Shown here piece after piece: positions 12,381 through 25,829 of a stretch of DNA of 64,000 bases (its first letter is position 1; every line of letters begins with the position of its first letter). Position numbers and translations under genes: made by a program. Source of the DNA: Lama glama (taxonomy: Eukaryota); contig CM052817.1 in NCBI GenBank assembly GCA_028534125.1, forward strand, positions 105,402,001 to 105,466,000, given 5' to 3'. The notes below the pieces were generated by a model, which was given only the letters and a program-made list of their open reading frames with translations, did no database searches and was not told where the DNA came from.

Positions 12381-12479
12381 GTCTGCTAACACGGTTAATA
12401 ATATTTAAGTTTAATAAAGATTAACACTTAAGAAATTACTGTATTCTGAATCAGAGAACCAGATAGGAGAAACAATTCT

Positions 12480-13400
12480 ATTGCTTCCATAGAAATAACA
12501 TTCTAATGGGAGAGAGCAGAGTTTAAGGAAATAAATATAAAATATAATAGTGATAAAGGTAAGCAGTAGTAACAGATAGGAAAGTGTTCCAGGGTTGCAA
12601 GAAGAATATAACGTTTAGAAGAAGGTCTTGGATGGTCCTTCTCATAAGTTAACATTTGAGCAAAGAATTTAATGGAGTGAGGTGTGCTAGCCATGTGACA
12701 ATATGGAAAAAAATTTAAGGCAAAATGCAAAGAAATTGGAAAGGTATGGAGTTAGATGCACATGGCCTGTGTTTGGGAAATTACTACTCCATGTGGCTGA
12801 GATGCTGCTGGGGAGTTGCCTGAGATGAGTTCCTGCAGAGATCTGCTCACTTTGCCAAGCAGTTGGGAAGTTGTCCCTTGTGGGAGTCACTGCTGTGTTT
12901 TGCCCCAGGAGGTACCATGAACAGATTTATATTTTAAAACAATCACTCTGGCTCCTGTGTGATGAAGACTTTGCAGTATGAGGGGAGTAAAAGAGAGGGG
13001 CTCAGGTGGGAGGCTATTAAAGTGGCGAGGCTCTAGCTCAGAGGTGATGCTGTGACACTAATGCACTGTGACAGCGGAGGAGGTGAGGCAAGTTCTTGGA
13101 TTCAGAATATACTCTGTAGGGAAGTCCAATGTCATGTGCTGCTAGTCTGTCCATGAGGGCGGGGTGGGACAAAGACAGAGTCAAAGCACTGAAGTCAAAG
13201 ACATCAAAGACAATACCAAAGTTTCAGAAATCAGCCATTTTTTGACAGAGGAAAGACTGAAAAAGAGGAAGTTCAGAAAAGGGAGAAGGCCACCATATTG
13301 CCTTTTAGAGTGAGTATCAAAGCTGTAAGTGGAGATTTTGATTGGGCATTTCAAAGCACAATTCTAATATGTAGGAAAAAGGTCATAGTTGCAGGAAAAA
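12480..13400 (-). mobile_element. LINE-2 relic
   Basis: Purine-rich antisense L2 motifs: acatttgagcaaaga, agccatgtgacaatatggaaaa, gatttatattttaaaacaatcactctggctcctgtgtga, gggaggctatt. Confidence 0.7.
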
Positions 13401-13571
13401 TTAATAACCACCAGAAATATAAATTTCTTAGCCCAGTGGTATTATCTATAAGCTTAGGATGATAATATCCATGTCAAACAATGGATGGAAAAATTAAATG
13501 AGGTTTTAGATCAAGAGAAAATTTCTAGAATTTGTTATCACTATTTCACTTAAATTTGATATTCAAAGGAC

Positions 13572-14053
13572 TTTATATTAAAAAACTACAAGTTGAGTTA
13601 CCATATGATCCAGAAATTCTACTCCTGGGCACATATCCGAGAAAATTATAAATCAAAAAGATACAAGTACCCCAATGGTCATAGCAGCACTATTTACAAC
13701 AGCCAAGACATGGAAACGACCTTAATGCCCATCGACAGATGACTGGATAAAGAAGCTGTGGTATATTTATGCAATGGAATACTACTCAGCTGTAAAAAAA
13801 AGATTGAAATAATGCCATTTGCAGCAACATTGATGGACCTAGAGGTCATCATTCTGTGAATTAAGTCAGACAGAGAAAGAGAAATATCATGTAACATCAG
13901 TTATGTGTGGAATCTTAAAAAAAAGACACAAATAAACTTATTTACAAAACAGAAACAGACTAATAGACATAGAAAACAAATTTATGGTTACCAAAGGGAA
14001 AAGTGGGAGGGAGTGGAGAATAAATTAGAAGTTTGCGATTTGCAGATAAAAAA
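13572..14053 (+). mobile_element. LINE-1 fragment, 5'-truncated and lacking the normal 3' terminus
   Basis: gagttaccatatgatccag...atgccatttgcagcaaca...atggttaccaaagggaaaag. Similarity stops at gatttgcagat (14047), followed by A6. Candidate TSD aaaggac at 13565-13571 and 14051-14057. Confidence 0.9.
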
Positions 14054-16489
14054 GGACAGAACAAAGGAATGAATATTTAAATTGAATAAAATGATTTTTT
14101 TTTCAGGAATAATAATATATCAGTAAACTTGATGTCTCCCTTTTCATGTTCCAGCTAGGACATTTTATTTCACACTTTATAATCAGAGCCCTATTATCCT
14201 TATTGTTATTTTTTTCCCTTTATCTGGAATTTCACAGTCCTTTTGTCTTTTCTTCTAAGTTTTAAAACATATGTCCTTATTTGTTGGGTCTCCCAGTTTG
14301 AGGGAGATGCGAACTGTGAGTAAACCAGAAAGAGATTTCCTTTATAGAGTTTAGGCTGTATGTGTTGATCAAAATCATGAGGTCATACAAGCACCTCCTC
14401 TGTGACATTCTTTGTGTGAACTATCAGCTGAAGCCCTGAGGAAGTTAGTACTGCTCAAGTAAAAGTAATGCCCAATAATGTTTGCAAAATCATGATTCCT
14501 TCTTGGCTTTGAGCTTCTCAGTTCATCTGCTGGAATGCATGTGTTTACTCACTATTCACATAATCTCAACCAAGCTGGGAAAGAGAAGGGGAAAAAAATA
14601 GAACTCATATTACTCCTGAATATAGAATTATAAATAGATTCATAAATCTGTATACATATAGATGGATGTTTAAATAAAAATATGTATGCACTTAAAACTG
14701 AACATTGGATTGAATGTTTAGTAAGTTTACATAACAGAAGAATATTAGTTAAACAAAATTTTTAGAAAGAGTATACAAAATTTATATTTTTATTTTAAAG
14801 ATGGTAGAATTATTTTCTCACTTATTAGGTAAATATATACTTTGTTAATCTTTTAACACTCTAATTATATCTAAATATAAATATAAACACACCATTACAT
14901 GTTTCTTATTTATATACATTTTGTACTTTTTGCAGTAAGGAGTTATGATGCTTTTATTGCAAAAATTTTAATAAAATAAATACCTTAACTTTTGAAGACA
15001 TTTAAATTACTGAAAAACAAACATCTGATTACTAGCCACTTAAAAAAATACAATTTAACTCTGTATTAATAGCATGACCATTTTTGGTTTTAGTTAGGAC
15101 TTAAGCTATGCACTATAGTTGCCCTTGAATGCAATTCAAAGAGAGATGATTATTGAGCCAAAATACATGAATGTGGTACAAAGACGCAGTGCTACTCTAA
15201 TTGTCACTTGAATTTTTCTTCTCTATCTAATCTTTCTTCGTTGATTAAACATATTGTAATATTTCCTCCTGATGATAACTAGAAAATGCATGCAAAAATT
15301 ATTTAAATGATGTATATATAGTCTATAAAATATTGACTATAGAGCCATAAAGTGGGCCTAGCAAAGTGTCATTAAGAATGTTTTTGACAATTTATTTAAT
15401 AATTCAAGGCCCACTTTTCATTTTTTATACATCATTCAAGGGATAGGACCATTAGTTTTGCTTGCATGTATGTCTAAAATTTTGTCTTTTGATTAAAATA
15501 TTTAATTTACAATGAATTTATAACAAATTTTTCATCTTTTTAGTTTTATGAGCAGTGCTATGCCAGAAATGAGAAGTATATATAAAATGAACATTTTCTA
15601 AAATAGAAAAAGAATGACTTCCAGTTGTGACTGTATGATGCAGTAAATAACATAAATAATCATCCAGATGGAAACATTACACCACCAAATGTCACTTAAA
15701 ACCCAAAGCGCTTCAGAAAATCAATCAGTTAAATGACAAAAAAGAGGGTAATCTTGAGGGGTCAAGAGCAAGGTTGTGGTGGAACCCCACATTGTAAATA
15801 GCCTCTGAAACCACTAGCTTATCAGCAAGTATTGACCAAACCGGATGATAATGAGCTTGTATATTTTCAGTTATTTTAGGCAAAAAAAAAATCATGTAAA
15901 AAGGAGAACCTGACAGAATGCTTCTGCCTAACACTGAGACTTTCAAAAGCCATGACCTCAATGAAATAGAGATCAGTTTGCTTGCAGAGGAAGCCATCAT
16001 TGTCTATCTCAATTGTGAAAACGCTCTTAAAAATAAAAGTGACAAACTGTTCCTCCACTGAGATTTGGGCTCAATTCACATGACAGCCGCAATATGTAAA
16101 ACCTCATACAGTGATTTTATTTTAAATGGGATTTGGGATGATAGTGCCCCAGCAGGCACCAGGACAAAGCAAGCAATACAAAGGTCTTCTTTCCAAACAA
16201 ACTCTAACCTTACGGCTCTGTGCCGTTCCACAGGGAAAAAAAAAAGTTTCATTGCATACAACTCCTAACAAAAGATCATTTTTCAGGTAATCTAACAAAA
16301 ATCCTAAGTGAGAACAAAGAAAACAACAAATAGATGAATCATGCCGATAGATACATAATATTAAATAAGTGCTTTCCACATACATAAAGAAAAGAAACGT
16401 TGTTAAACATATGATAAACAAAAGCCTATAAAACAAGCAGCTTTTAAGATTAAATAGAACTTGCAGAACTGATACAGCATGTGCACACA

Positions 16490-16795
16490 CATGCATTGCC
16501 CATTTCACTGTGCTCTGCTCTATTGTGCTTCACAGATATTACATTATTTATGAATTGCAGGTTTATAGCATCCTTGCAAGTCTGTCAGCACCATTTTTCC
16601 AACATCATTTACTCCCTTTGAGTCTCTGTGTCACATTTCGGTAATTTCACAATATTTCAGACTTTTCATTATTACGTATCTGTTATGGGGACCTGTGGTC
16701 AGTGATTGCTCATGTTACTACTGTGATTCTTCTAGGGCACCAACATCCATGCCTATGCTTATAAGACCAAGCGCTTACCAATGAACACCCTGTGA
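16490..16795 (+). mobile_element. Tigger1 (TcMar-Tigger DNA transposon) 5' fragment
   Basis: tattgtgcttcacagatatt...caagtctgtcagcaccatttttccaacatcatt...gtctctgtgtcacatttcggtaat...tatctgttatggggacctgtggtcagtgat follows the recalled Tigger1 5' consensus in order. No transposase ORF or right end seen. Confidence 0.85.
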
Positions 16796-19099
16796 GAGAG
16801 TGTGGCATTAAGAAATTACAATAATTTCAGTTTTATTTTTGAGGAAGTTGCCTAAAGTGATCAAATACACAACCACTGACATCATGCTAATGATTTAGGT
16901 AGTAACTAGTTCATGATAAGGAGTCACTGAAAGAAGATGACCAAAAATTAATAACAACATACCAAGTTGTTAAAAAAAAATCACTTTGACAATATTGTGG
17001 AAACTAGATTCCTGAGGGAGGTGGGACATCCTTGAGTCCAAAGAATAAGCGGGTTCAGACAGGACTGCGTGAAAGATGATGGCCACTTAAACTAAAACAG
17101 CATCGGTGGTTTTAAGAAAAAGTCAAGTTCTAGAGAGATTGAGAAAATTAGATCCACAAACGGTGTTAACTGATTTGAAATAGTAAAAGAAAGAAGGTGA
17201 CACCTAAGGTTTTGGCTTGACCATGTAATGGGTACAGTGCACTGAAAAAGAAATACCAGAGAGAGAGAGAGAAAGCCGGTATGGAAAGCAGGAGGGGGTC
17301 AATATGGCGCCAGGACTGAGGATAACGTGTAGAATGGGAGAAACAGAAGACCAGCTTCAAGATGTTTTTCTTGTTTCATTTCAAAAACTATGTTTATTTA
17401 ACTCTCTCTCCAATTTAAAGCAGAAATCTATTTTAGTTAAAATTGTGCTATTCTAAAAATATATAAATTGATTAAATTTTGGGTTAGTTACCTTGATCCT
17501 TTTTCAATGCAGTTTTTATTTATATAATGTAATTGTGAGCAATACTATAAGCAGAAATTTGTACCACGTTTCTCTCACTTTGCATTGTAATATATGCAAA
17601 TCCCTATCGGTCAACTTTTTCTAACTTTTGCCTGAAAAACCCTGAAGTAACCATCTTCTAATGTGTGTGTTTTTTTTTGTTTTGTGTTTTTTTTGTTTTT
17701 TTTTGTATTTTGAGTTCTTTCCTAAGCACATGGTCTCATTACTTGGTTTAAACCAAAGTTTGTGGATATTTCATATTCCTATTATATATTGCTTTCTTTC
17801 TTTCATAAAGAATTTTACTAAGTGATTTTCACACAAGTAATATTTAAATATGCCATTTACTTTTGACCCTGTCAAGCATGAACTCTATTATTTTTCAGTT
17901 TATTTAATATCCAAATAATTATATAGAAAATATATATAAATTTTTGAATGTATTTGATTAGTTTCAAAGTTGAACATAATTTCCAGACATGTTTAAAATA
18001 TTTATATTTCCTCATTTTTAAGTTGCCTGCATAATTTACTCAAATATCTGTATGTCTGGCATACAGAAAGTGCTCATTACATTAATTAGTAATTAATGAC
18101 TTGAAACATTAGCAAATTAAATAATTAATACCTTATATTACTTAAGGCATTAATTTCAAAAGAGCGTATGATCAATTTAGGGAAACACATTTTAGTTAAA
18201 GGACAATTTCAAGATGTTGAGTAGCATGCAAATATAATCATGGTGTATAACACACAGTGAACGTGTATACAAATATTAAATGTATATTATGGAATTAAGG
18301 CCACTTGATAAATGTCCTCAAATGATAAAGCAAAAGGTTGAGATTGAGACTGTAGCCCAGAATACTTCATTCTATTTCAATCTCTCTTCTTCTGAATTAA
18401 ATATAAACTTAGATATTTCCAGAGGCAAGGAGGAGAGGGAGAGAAGTCATTTTATTCGTCTACTATAAATCACATTGAATGCTTGCTTTCATGGTCTTCT
18501 CTTCCTGAAAGAGCTCAAAGAGAAAGTGAAAAAGATGCCATTTAATTGCATAATGCAAATGAAGCAATGTAAAATTCACCAAATCCTCAGGCTTCTTTTG
18601 TTCCTTCGTTTTCCCAGCTGCAATATTTTGCAAGGTGAGCTGCTGCTGTATGAGTCCTATCTGGCCACAGATAACAACTTGCTTTATAAAGTTATAGAGA
18701 AAGACTTTATGGTATAGGAAGAAAAAAAATGTAGATTAAATAGATTTTATACTTTAATTTTATCATCAAAAGATATAATTTTATTAAATGGTAACTGATG
18801 TTCAGGCTTCTCTGAATAATACACTCGTTGTTTAGATAAAATGTGCAGGGTGTCAAAATTTTGAACATGCCCAGGCTCTATCTTAAGGAGCTGAAACCAT
18901 AGAAAAAGTCTGAGGGGTTAGATTTGAAGAACTGAATGAAGAATGGAAACAAAGCACACAGGCAACAATGCAAGTGAAGTGAAGTGAGCTTCCAAGTTTG
19001 CATTAAAGTTGTAGGAACAGGCAAAGGCAAAGTCATAAAAAGCCTGCTAGTTCAGGGAAAGTAAGATATTATTCTGAGTGCAATCAGCAGAGACTACAA

Positions 19100-19600
19100 T
19101 GTTTTCAATGAGCAAGCTGAAAGGTTTTTTTTAAAAATAAAGATCACTCTATTATTAGGTGACACAACAGGTTGCAAGAACATAAGAGAGAAAATTAGAG
19201 AACTAAAGAGACTAATTAGAAACCCACTGATGGCTAACAGAGGATGGAGATTTGAGCGAGGCTGTTGGCACTGGGGGTGGAGTCGGGGATGATGAAACTC
19301 TGAGTCTGCGTGAGATTAGGAAGAAGAGAAAATGAGTAAAACCTTGAGGACTTCTTTTATGTGCAGCTAAGAATATGATACTCCTTCCTAAAATTGGAAA
19401 ATACTGTGTGTTCAGTTTTGAACACTATGAAGCATCCACACGGAAAACTGAAACGCCTGTGGAACATCCCAGTGATACCAGTTATTCGTATCTAGGTCGG
19501 AGAGAGAAAGGAGGAAAACCAGGAAAGTCATGTGTCATAGACGCCAAGAGAAGACTGAGTTTTAAGGAGAAGGCAAGAAGCGTTTTGTGTTTAATTTTAA
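19100..19600 (-). mobile_element. LINE-2 relic
   Basis: aaagatcactct, gttcagttttgaacact, cctgtggaacatcccagtg, gtgtcatagacgccaagagaagactgagttttaaggagaagg. Confidence 0.6.
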
Positions 19601-20973
19601 AAAAGAAGAATTCTCATAAATGTCCAGAAAGAAATTCTGCAAAAACTGCCTGCCATCCTAGAGAAAACAGAGCTGGGGGTATAGAAGCCTTATTACATAC
19701 AGCACTGAAAAGGTCTGGGATGTAATTTTTAAAAGGGAACCATCATTCTGGGGATACACTAACCCTGACTCCAGAATCTCCTTCAGGTTCTGTATGAACT
19801 AGCAGGACTTACTCCAGTAGCCAGAATTTCTGGGATTATGTAGAATATGGAAAATAATTTGCCTCAGTGAGCAGCAGTCTACCCTTTCTCGAACTAAATT
19901 ATTTTCTCTGAATTATATAATGTGGGGGAAAAAAATCTCCCATCATGGACTAGAGAAGAAAGATGCAATAGTTAGAAGTCAGCATCCATCAGCTGTTCTT
20001 AGGAAAGATTTCCTAGTTGTGTTCAATGTGTTTCAGGCAAAGGAACTTTAGATGTGCTGTTGCAGTTTGGAGATGGTAAATTTCAACTCAGTACAGCAGC
20101 TAAAGAGAAAGGGCATCTTCAGACGTCAGAAGAGCCTATTTTTTTCCACTTGTGATTCAAATTAGAGCAGAGTGGGCTCATAATTTTGGAAAGACTATGG
20201 AAATATCTTGTAATGAAAACAAATGAGTGTATGGTAACATTACAGTAACAAGGCAGTATTTCATTGCTTCTGTCTCTTGTCATGACTTCTGACATCCTGA
20301 TGTATGATAATAAAAGAGGATTTAAAATAATTTACTGAGGTTACAATTTGATTAATGAATGAGAAAAAAATCATTTGCACATTATTGAAAGCATGCTTCT
20401 ATTTTATTTTTATAGGTAATTCATAGTGTTATTCTTTAACCTGTGATTTCCATCAAATATTTTTGTAGCCTGTTTACAAATTGTACAATAATTTTGAGAA
20501 CACCTATTAATTTTAAATGAGATGAAGAATACTTGAACTTCACCCATCGTGCTAACCATGATCGCTCTTGCTGAAGTATTTAAAGTCTCTTGATCACCTT
20601 TTCATATTTGACACTCTCTCATCTGGCTTTCCAGGAATCTGTTGCTTTGTGGTTCTCCCCTGACCTGTTTGTTATTGTTGTTTTGTTGGCTTTTCTTTCT
20701 CGTTTTCCACTTAGTAGATGTAAGTCTTCTCCAGGGAAAAATGTTGATTCTCATTTCACGTTTTGCTCATTTTCTTGGTCCACTTGTATAAATCCATAGG
20801 TTTCAGTGTCATCACCAAGTGGCTCCATGCATCTCTTGTGTATCTGTGGTTCCTGTGACATTCCACCCTTGACCCGATGTTGCATTGGTGCAAATCTGTT
20901 CTGAGATATTCCACCAAAATTACAAACACAGTACAACTTAAATTGAACTCAATAGTCACCCTTGCTAATATGT

Positions 20974-21019
20974 CAGAAATTGACACATGGTAACTGACTA
21001 TATACTTCAATAAAAAAAA
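20974..21019 (+). mobile_element. LINE-1 3'-terminal stub (~46 bp)
   Basis: cagaaattgacacatggtaactgactatatacttcaataaaaaaaa matches the terminus of the L1 at 3532-3572. Confidence 0.8.
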
Positions 21020-21129
21020 GTAATAATTTCACTCTGATGTATTGCACTAACTTCTTAATTTGCCTCCAACATTCAGCTTGGTGCCTACTGTTCATTATTA
21101 ATATCACCGTCTTTAATCTCTATGCCTGG

Positions 21130-21302
21130 ACTCAGTGCCGTGCTTCTGTCTTTTAATCCTCACAACACCTTTTGAGTGAGACATCATCTCCCCATTATAC
21201 AGATGGATAAATTGAGCTTCATGTGCCTTAGATGGCTTGTCAATAGTGACACAGTTAGAGTCAGGGATGGGATTTGAAGTCTTGTCTACCTGACCCAAAG
21301 CT
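21130..21302 (-). mobile_element. MIR SINE
   Basis: ttaatcctcacaacacc...ccccattatacagatggataaattgagctt...gacacagttagagtcagggatgggatttgaa (antisense MIR core). Confidence 0.85.
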
Positions 21303-22936
21303 ATGAATAACTTCAAACTTCAGCCCAATTTCAGAACGCATGTTACTTCTCATAACATAGTCAGGGACTCTCCTAGTGCCCCAGGATTCCACGAAACTGT
21401 TGGATTAAAAGCTTCAGGATCTCAACTATACTCTTTCTGAGAGACAGTAAGAAATACTTTGTTCAATGTCAAGCTAGCACACAGAAAAACGAAAGTTGAA
21501 GTTGCTCTCGGAGTCTTCAGGAGAGTCCAGCTAAATAGGACCACTATTCCCCACTTGAGTTATAGCAAATTTCAAGAACAACAAACAAGCAGAGGGCTTT
21601 TTAATCCCACTGATAAATCAAAGAAGACACGGCTTGATGCTTGTGAGCCTGATGGTCTTAATCTTGACCACAGAATGAGCCAGTCCCATCCCAGCAGCGG
21701 GGAAGCCTTTCTCCAGCGGAATCCAAGGTCCTGAGCAGTGGCTGAGTTGGCTATCTGCTGGCAGATGGGCAACTTTCAAGGAAAAACTGAGAGGGGCTGT
21801 GAGGGGTTTGCCGCTGTCATCCGGGTGCACCAGGCTGGATTTCTCCCCCAGCCCCTCTGCTCTGTTTGCATCGTGTCCAGTTGGCCATTCTGCTGCCAGC
21901 TAGCCTCTCACGTTGCCTCCAGTCCCTCGGTCTTGCCTGTTTCTGTTGTGACTGTTGCAACACCCTCTAAGTGACTGTAACTATTGCATCACCCTCTAAA
22001 CGATTCCCACGGGTCTTCACTTTCTTTCTCTGTGTTGACTTCCTCTATCACCTAAATACAGATGTTCACCCTCCTGCATGGTTTTGATGATGCAACCCCT
22101 TGATCAAACAAACAAACGTGATCTGTTATCACATGTAGTAAAACTCAGCCTGCCATCCGAGGTCTTCTATCTTATGACATGCACTGACATTTTCCATCAT
22201 TATTATTCACTGTTTACATCCAACAAGATTATTGATTTATCCCTAAGCAAAACCATCCATTTCCCAGCTGTGCCCTTTTATTGTACTTCTTATAGACCTG
22301 TAACAATGTAACAATATATGCAATTACATTTCCAGCAAAATAGGAAGGCTGAAATGACAGAATTGATAGAAATAAAAGAGACGACTTTATTACAGATGAG
22401 GAGTACGGATTTTCATAAATGGAACTTTGTGTGTACATAGGGGTGATTACTTTTGAGACTCCATTTAATGGAATAAAACTGTGATGTTATCACTGGCATT
22501 TGGGGCAGAGAATTTTTGGTACTCAGTGGAGAGTACTTTCTTCATTCATTCATAGCCTTACTACTTTTGTTTTCCATATAGTTTGAATTACCAGGAAAAG
22601 GCATTTGCAAATTCTCCACTTACTTTGAGAAAAGAGAGACGAGGTAATCACTCACTTAAGATCTTTACAATTTTGAAATCTCTTATGCGGACTTCTTGTA
22701 GATCATTCCTTTTCTGACAGCAAGATATTACGTGCTTAATTTTGGTAGTGATGCTGTTGCTTCTTCAGAACTGATATTGTAGTAGAAAATACCGAACTTC
22801 TTTTACTAAACCAAAACTATTCATTGCACTATATTTTTAGATTCAAGCCTCTCTTTCATATTTATTCATAAATAAAACAATTATCTATTTTTTCCCTTTG
22901 TTATATTCTATTTTAACTACTGAAAGCAAAGGGGAA

Positions 22937-22979
22937 GAAACTGACATGTTGTAACTGACTATACTTCAATAAAAAAAGA
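22937..22979 (+). mobile_element. LINE-1 3'-terminal stub (43 bp)
   Basis: gaaactgacatgttgtaactgactatacttcaataaaaaaa, flanked by TSD aaagcaaaggggaa (22923-22936) / aaagtaaaggtgaa (22980-22993). Confidence 0.85.
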
Positions 22980-23541
22980 AAAGTAAAGGTGAAATACTAC
23001 TGTTTTAAAACACTGTACATTTTATGAGGTTATCAAAGACATTTATTTTAACCATACATAATTGAGTTATTTAAAATATTTTCTACAGTTTTTATCAAGC
23101 AGGAAATATTTGCAGAAAGAATTCATTCCCACTGAGATTTAAGGTGATGTCAATTACAGTTCCTCCTAAAGAAGGAAATTGAATCTCCTCGCCTGTCCTG
23201 TGTCGGTTTCACCAGGTGAGGAAGGACTAACGATGTTAGATCGCTTTTCAGTGGGATAGAATGAACTAAATTTGCATCCAGGGAGAAATGATTTCTTAGC
23301 CACAGACACATGCATTGATCAGATTGTCTGTGAGTAGTTTATTCTACGTATTTATACATTTTCTTTTCCATCTTGCTGTCAACTATTATTACACCCCATT
23401 TATCATCAGAGAATTAAAGCGAGAGACAACTTCAGAGGCTCCCTGAGATGAAAGGAAGCTGGCCTGCGAGATTCTTCAAATGCTGCTTTTTTTTTTCCTA
23501 ACTTCTACTGTGTATTTTATTTTTTTTATTTCCCCCTATTG

Positions 23542-23615
23542 TTTTTAAATTGAAAAATAGCTGGTTTACAGTGCTGTGTCAGTTTCTGGTGTACAGCAGA
23601 GCAATTCAGTTATAC
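23542..23615 (-). mobile_element. LINE-1 3'-terminal stub
   Basis: tttttaaattgaaaaatagctggtttacagtgctgtgtcagtttctggtgtacagcagagcaattcagttatac is the antisense L1 tail. Confidence 0.8.
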
Positions 23616-24169
23616 TCAATTATTACTCTAATAAGAGTCCAGAAGGAAGAGTGAAAAAAATGCCCCATGAAAAACACAGCACTAACTTAATGTTTTTTTT
23701 TTTTTCCAAAACTTGGCCTCCTGAATTTTGGGTACGATGTTTGAGAATCAGTGTCAGAATAATTCTTCTTCTCATTTGAATGATGCCACCCAACTATCAC
23801 TTAGCATTTCTTCTAAGAAGAGAGAATATACTCCAGCAGAACAGCAAAAGCTACGACATCGAATCAGCACAAATACTGACAAATACACCACACCATACGC
23901 TGAACAAAGAAGTGATCCTGAAGCATATTGGGCTGTAAGATGGACTTAGATAAAGGCAAATACCTGTAAGAAATATTATATACTTTCTTTCCTTCCTAGA
24001 TTTCATCAGACAGACTATAAATGCACAAAACTAGGGGAATGGTGAAACTAATTTTTATATGTCCACAGGGTAGGGTATTTTAAACACCCAGTGCCACTAC
24101 CCTGATTTATGCTACCATTACCTTTTACATGAATTCCTCTTAATTCAGCTCTCTGCCTGTGGTTTTACG

Positions 24170-24740
24170 CCCCTGGAAATGTTCTCTGCCCTGAAGCCAG
24201 AGTACAGACTGACAGATACAAAAAGTCAGATCTAACCCTATTATTTCTTCATTCTGCAAGCCTCCCCCGCTTTTATTACAATATCCAAGCAACTAAACAT
24301 GGCAACAGTAACGTCATTACTTGTTCCACTTCGTCTGCCCCCATCTTCACCTCTAGCTCTGCATTTCAGCCAAACCTGGTTTTAAATTCTATACATACTC
24401 TTCAACATCTCAGAAGGGCATTGCACACGTTGTGGTTTCCTCACTGTCATTTGTCTTTTATTTAATCCATTCCTCACTTCCTGAGGCCCTTAACGTAATC
24501 GGTATGCGATCTTCAAAGCCATCCTTGACGCCCCACCTAACCTCTCCCTCTGGGTACCATTCCTTTCTGTATCCCTCTGTGACTGCATGTAATAGCACTT
24601 AGCTGATGGTATGGAAGCATCTGTCCCTTCAACATGAGCTGTGAGCCTACTGATGGTTGGGAACAGGTCGCCTCTTTTACTGTTTTATTCCCAGCAGTTA
24701 GCGCTATGCCTTTTACATAGCTGACATTTTGATTTGAATT
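24170..24740 (+). mobile_element. LINE-2 3' relic
   Basis: Pyrimidine-rich L2 body ending gctgtgagcctactgatggttgggaacagg...ttcccagcagttagcgctatgccttttacatag. Confidence 0.6.
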
Positions 24741-25829
24741 CTCTTCCCCAAATTTTTGAAATCAAAAAGTACAGTTTTTAAAATAATAATAAGATACAGA
24801 CTGTTGCAGAGGAAGGCTCTGTGAATTGGGAGTCTGTATGTTAGAATAAGCATTGTAGAAAGCAACTTTAGATAGTGACCCTTAAGTCAGGCTACAGAAT
24901 TTTAAGTAAACAGGTGAAGAAATTGAGAAATCTACTAAAGGCTGGAAGAATTTCTGAAAGTTTTGGGACATGGACGTAACCCAGTGAAACACCTCTTACT
25001 AAGGTTCATGTTGCGGTGCAACGTATGATGAATCAAAGAGAAAAGTTCAAGAGCTGAGAGAGGTTTGTAGATTAGCATTTGTATAAACCTTCAAGTGGTG
25101 ACAGGGTGAGGAGGGGCGTGGGGAGCAGCCCTCATCCACTCCTGCAGGAGAGAAATGACGGCAGTAGGAAAATTCACGACCCTAGGTGAGAGTGCTGGTC
25201 CCAGCATATTAAGTTAAGAGCCTTACTTTTGATAGACCAAAGAGTCCAAAAATGTAAAGCAATTCCATCTGCTAACAGATGAGGAAATAGTGTCAAGAAA
25301 GATTCCTGGAGAGCGTGGACGTCAGTGAGACCTGACTAGGAACACATGACAGGTCTACTGAACACTGGTCCCAATGGAGATGGCAACCCACAGACTTGCA
25401 AAGCCACTGATTAAAACCTCGATGGGATTTTCTCCAGCAACGTTCAATCGCATCCATAGAATTAGAGAATGAAAGATAAGTAAATATGTTACAGATGAGG
25501 CTTTACCAAGAATCGGTGGTTAAAAGGAGCACTGAAGAGGGTACAGCTCTAGGCAAGAGAAGAACTCCATGGAGTATCAAAGGAAGAGGAAGCCGGAGGT
25601 AAAGCCAGGGACAAAGCAGGCCTCTAGGCTCCAAGCCGAGGCCCTGGGCTACGTATCTCCATGGACTCACAGAGCAGAACCAGTAGAACGAGACTGGTGG
25701 AGGGGGCGGATGTGTGGTGCAGGAATCAGGATTAGAATGACAGCTTTAGGACGGGAGCAGTTCACGGCTCTGTCTGTGGAAGAGGGCAGCTACCCTGGAC
25801 GTCAGGTCACGCTGTTTGGGGCTTGATTG

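Noticed and set aside
16122..16508. 128-aa - strand ORF
   Set aside because: Its F/L/I/C-rich composition reflects AT bias, it starts inside the Tigger1 end, and I recognise no homology.
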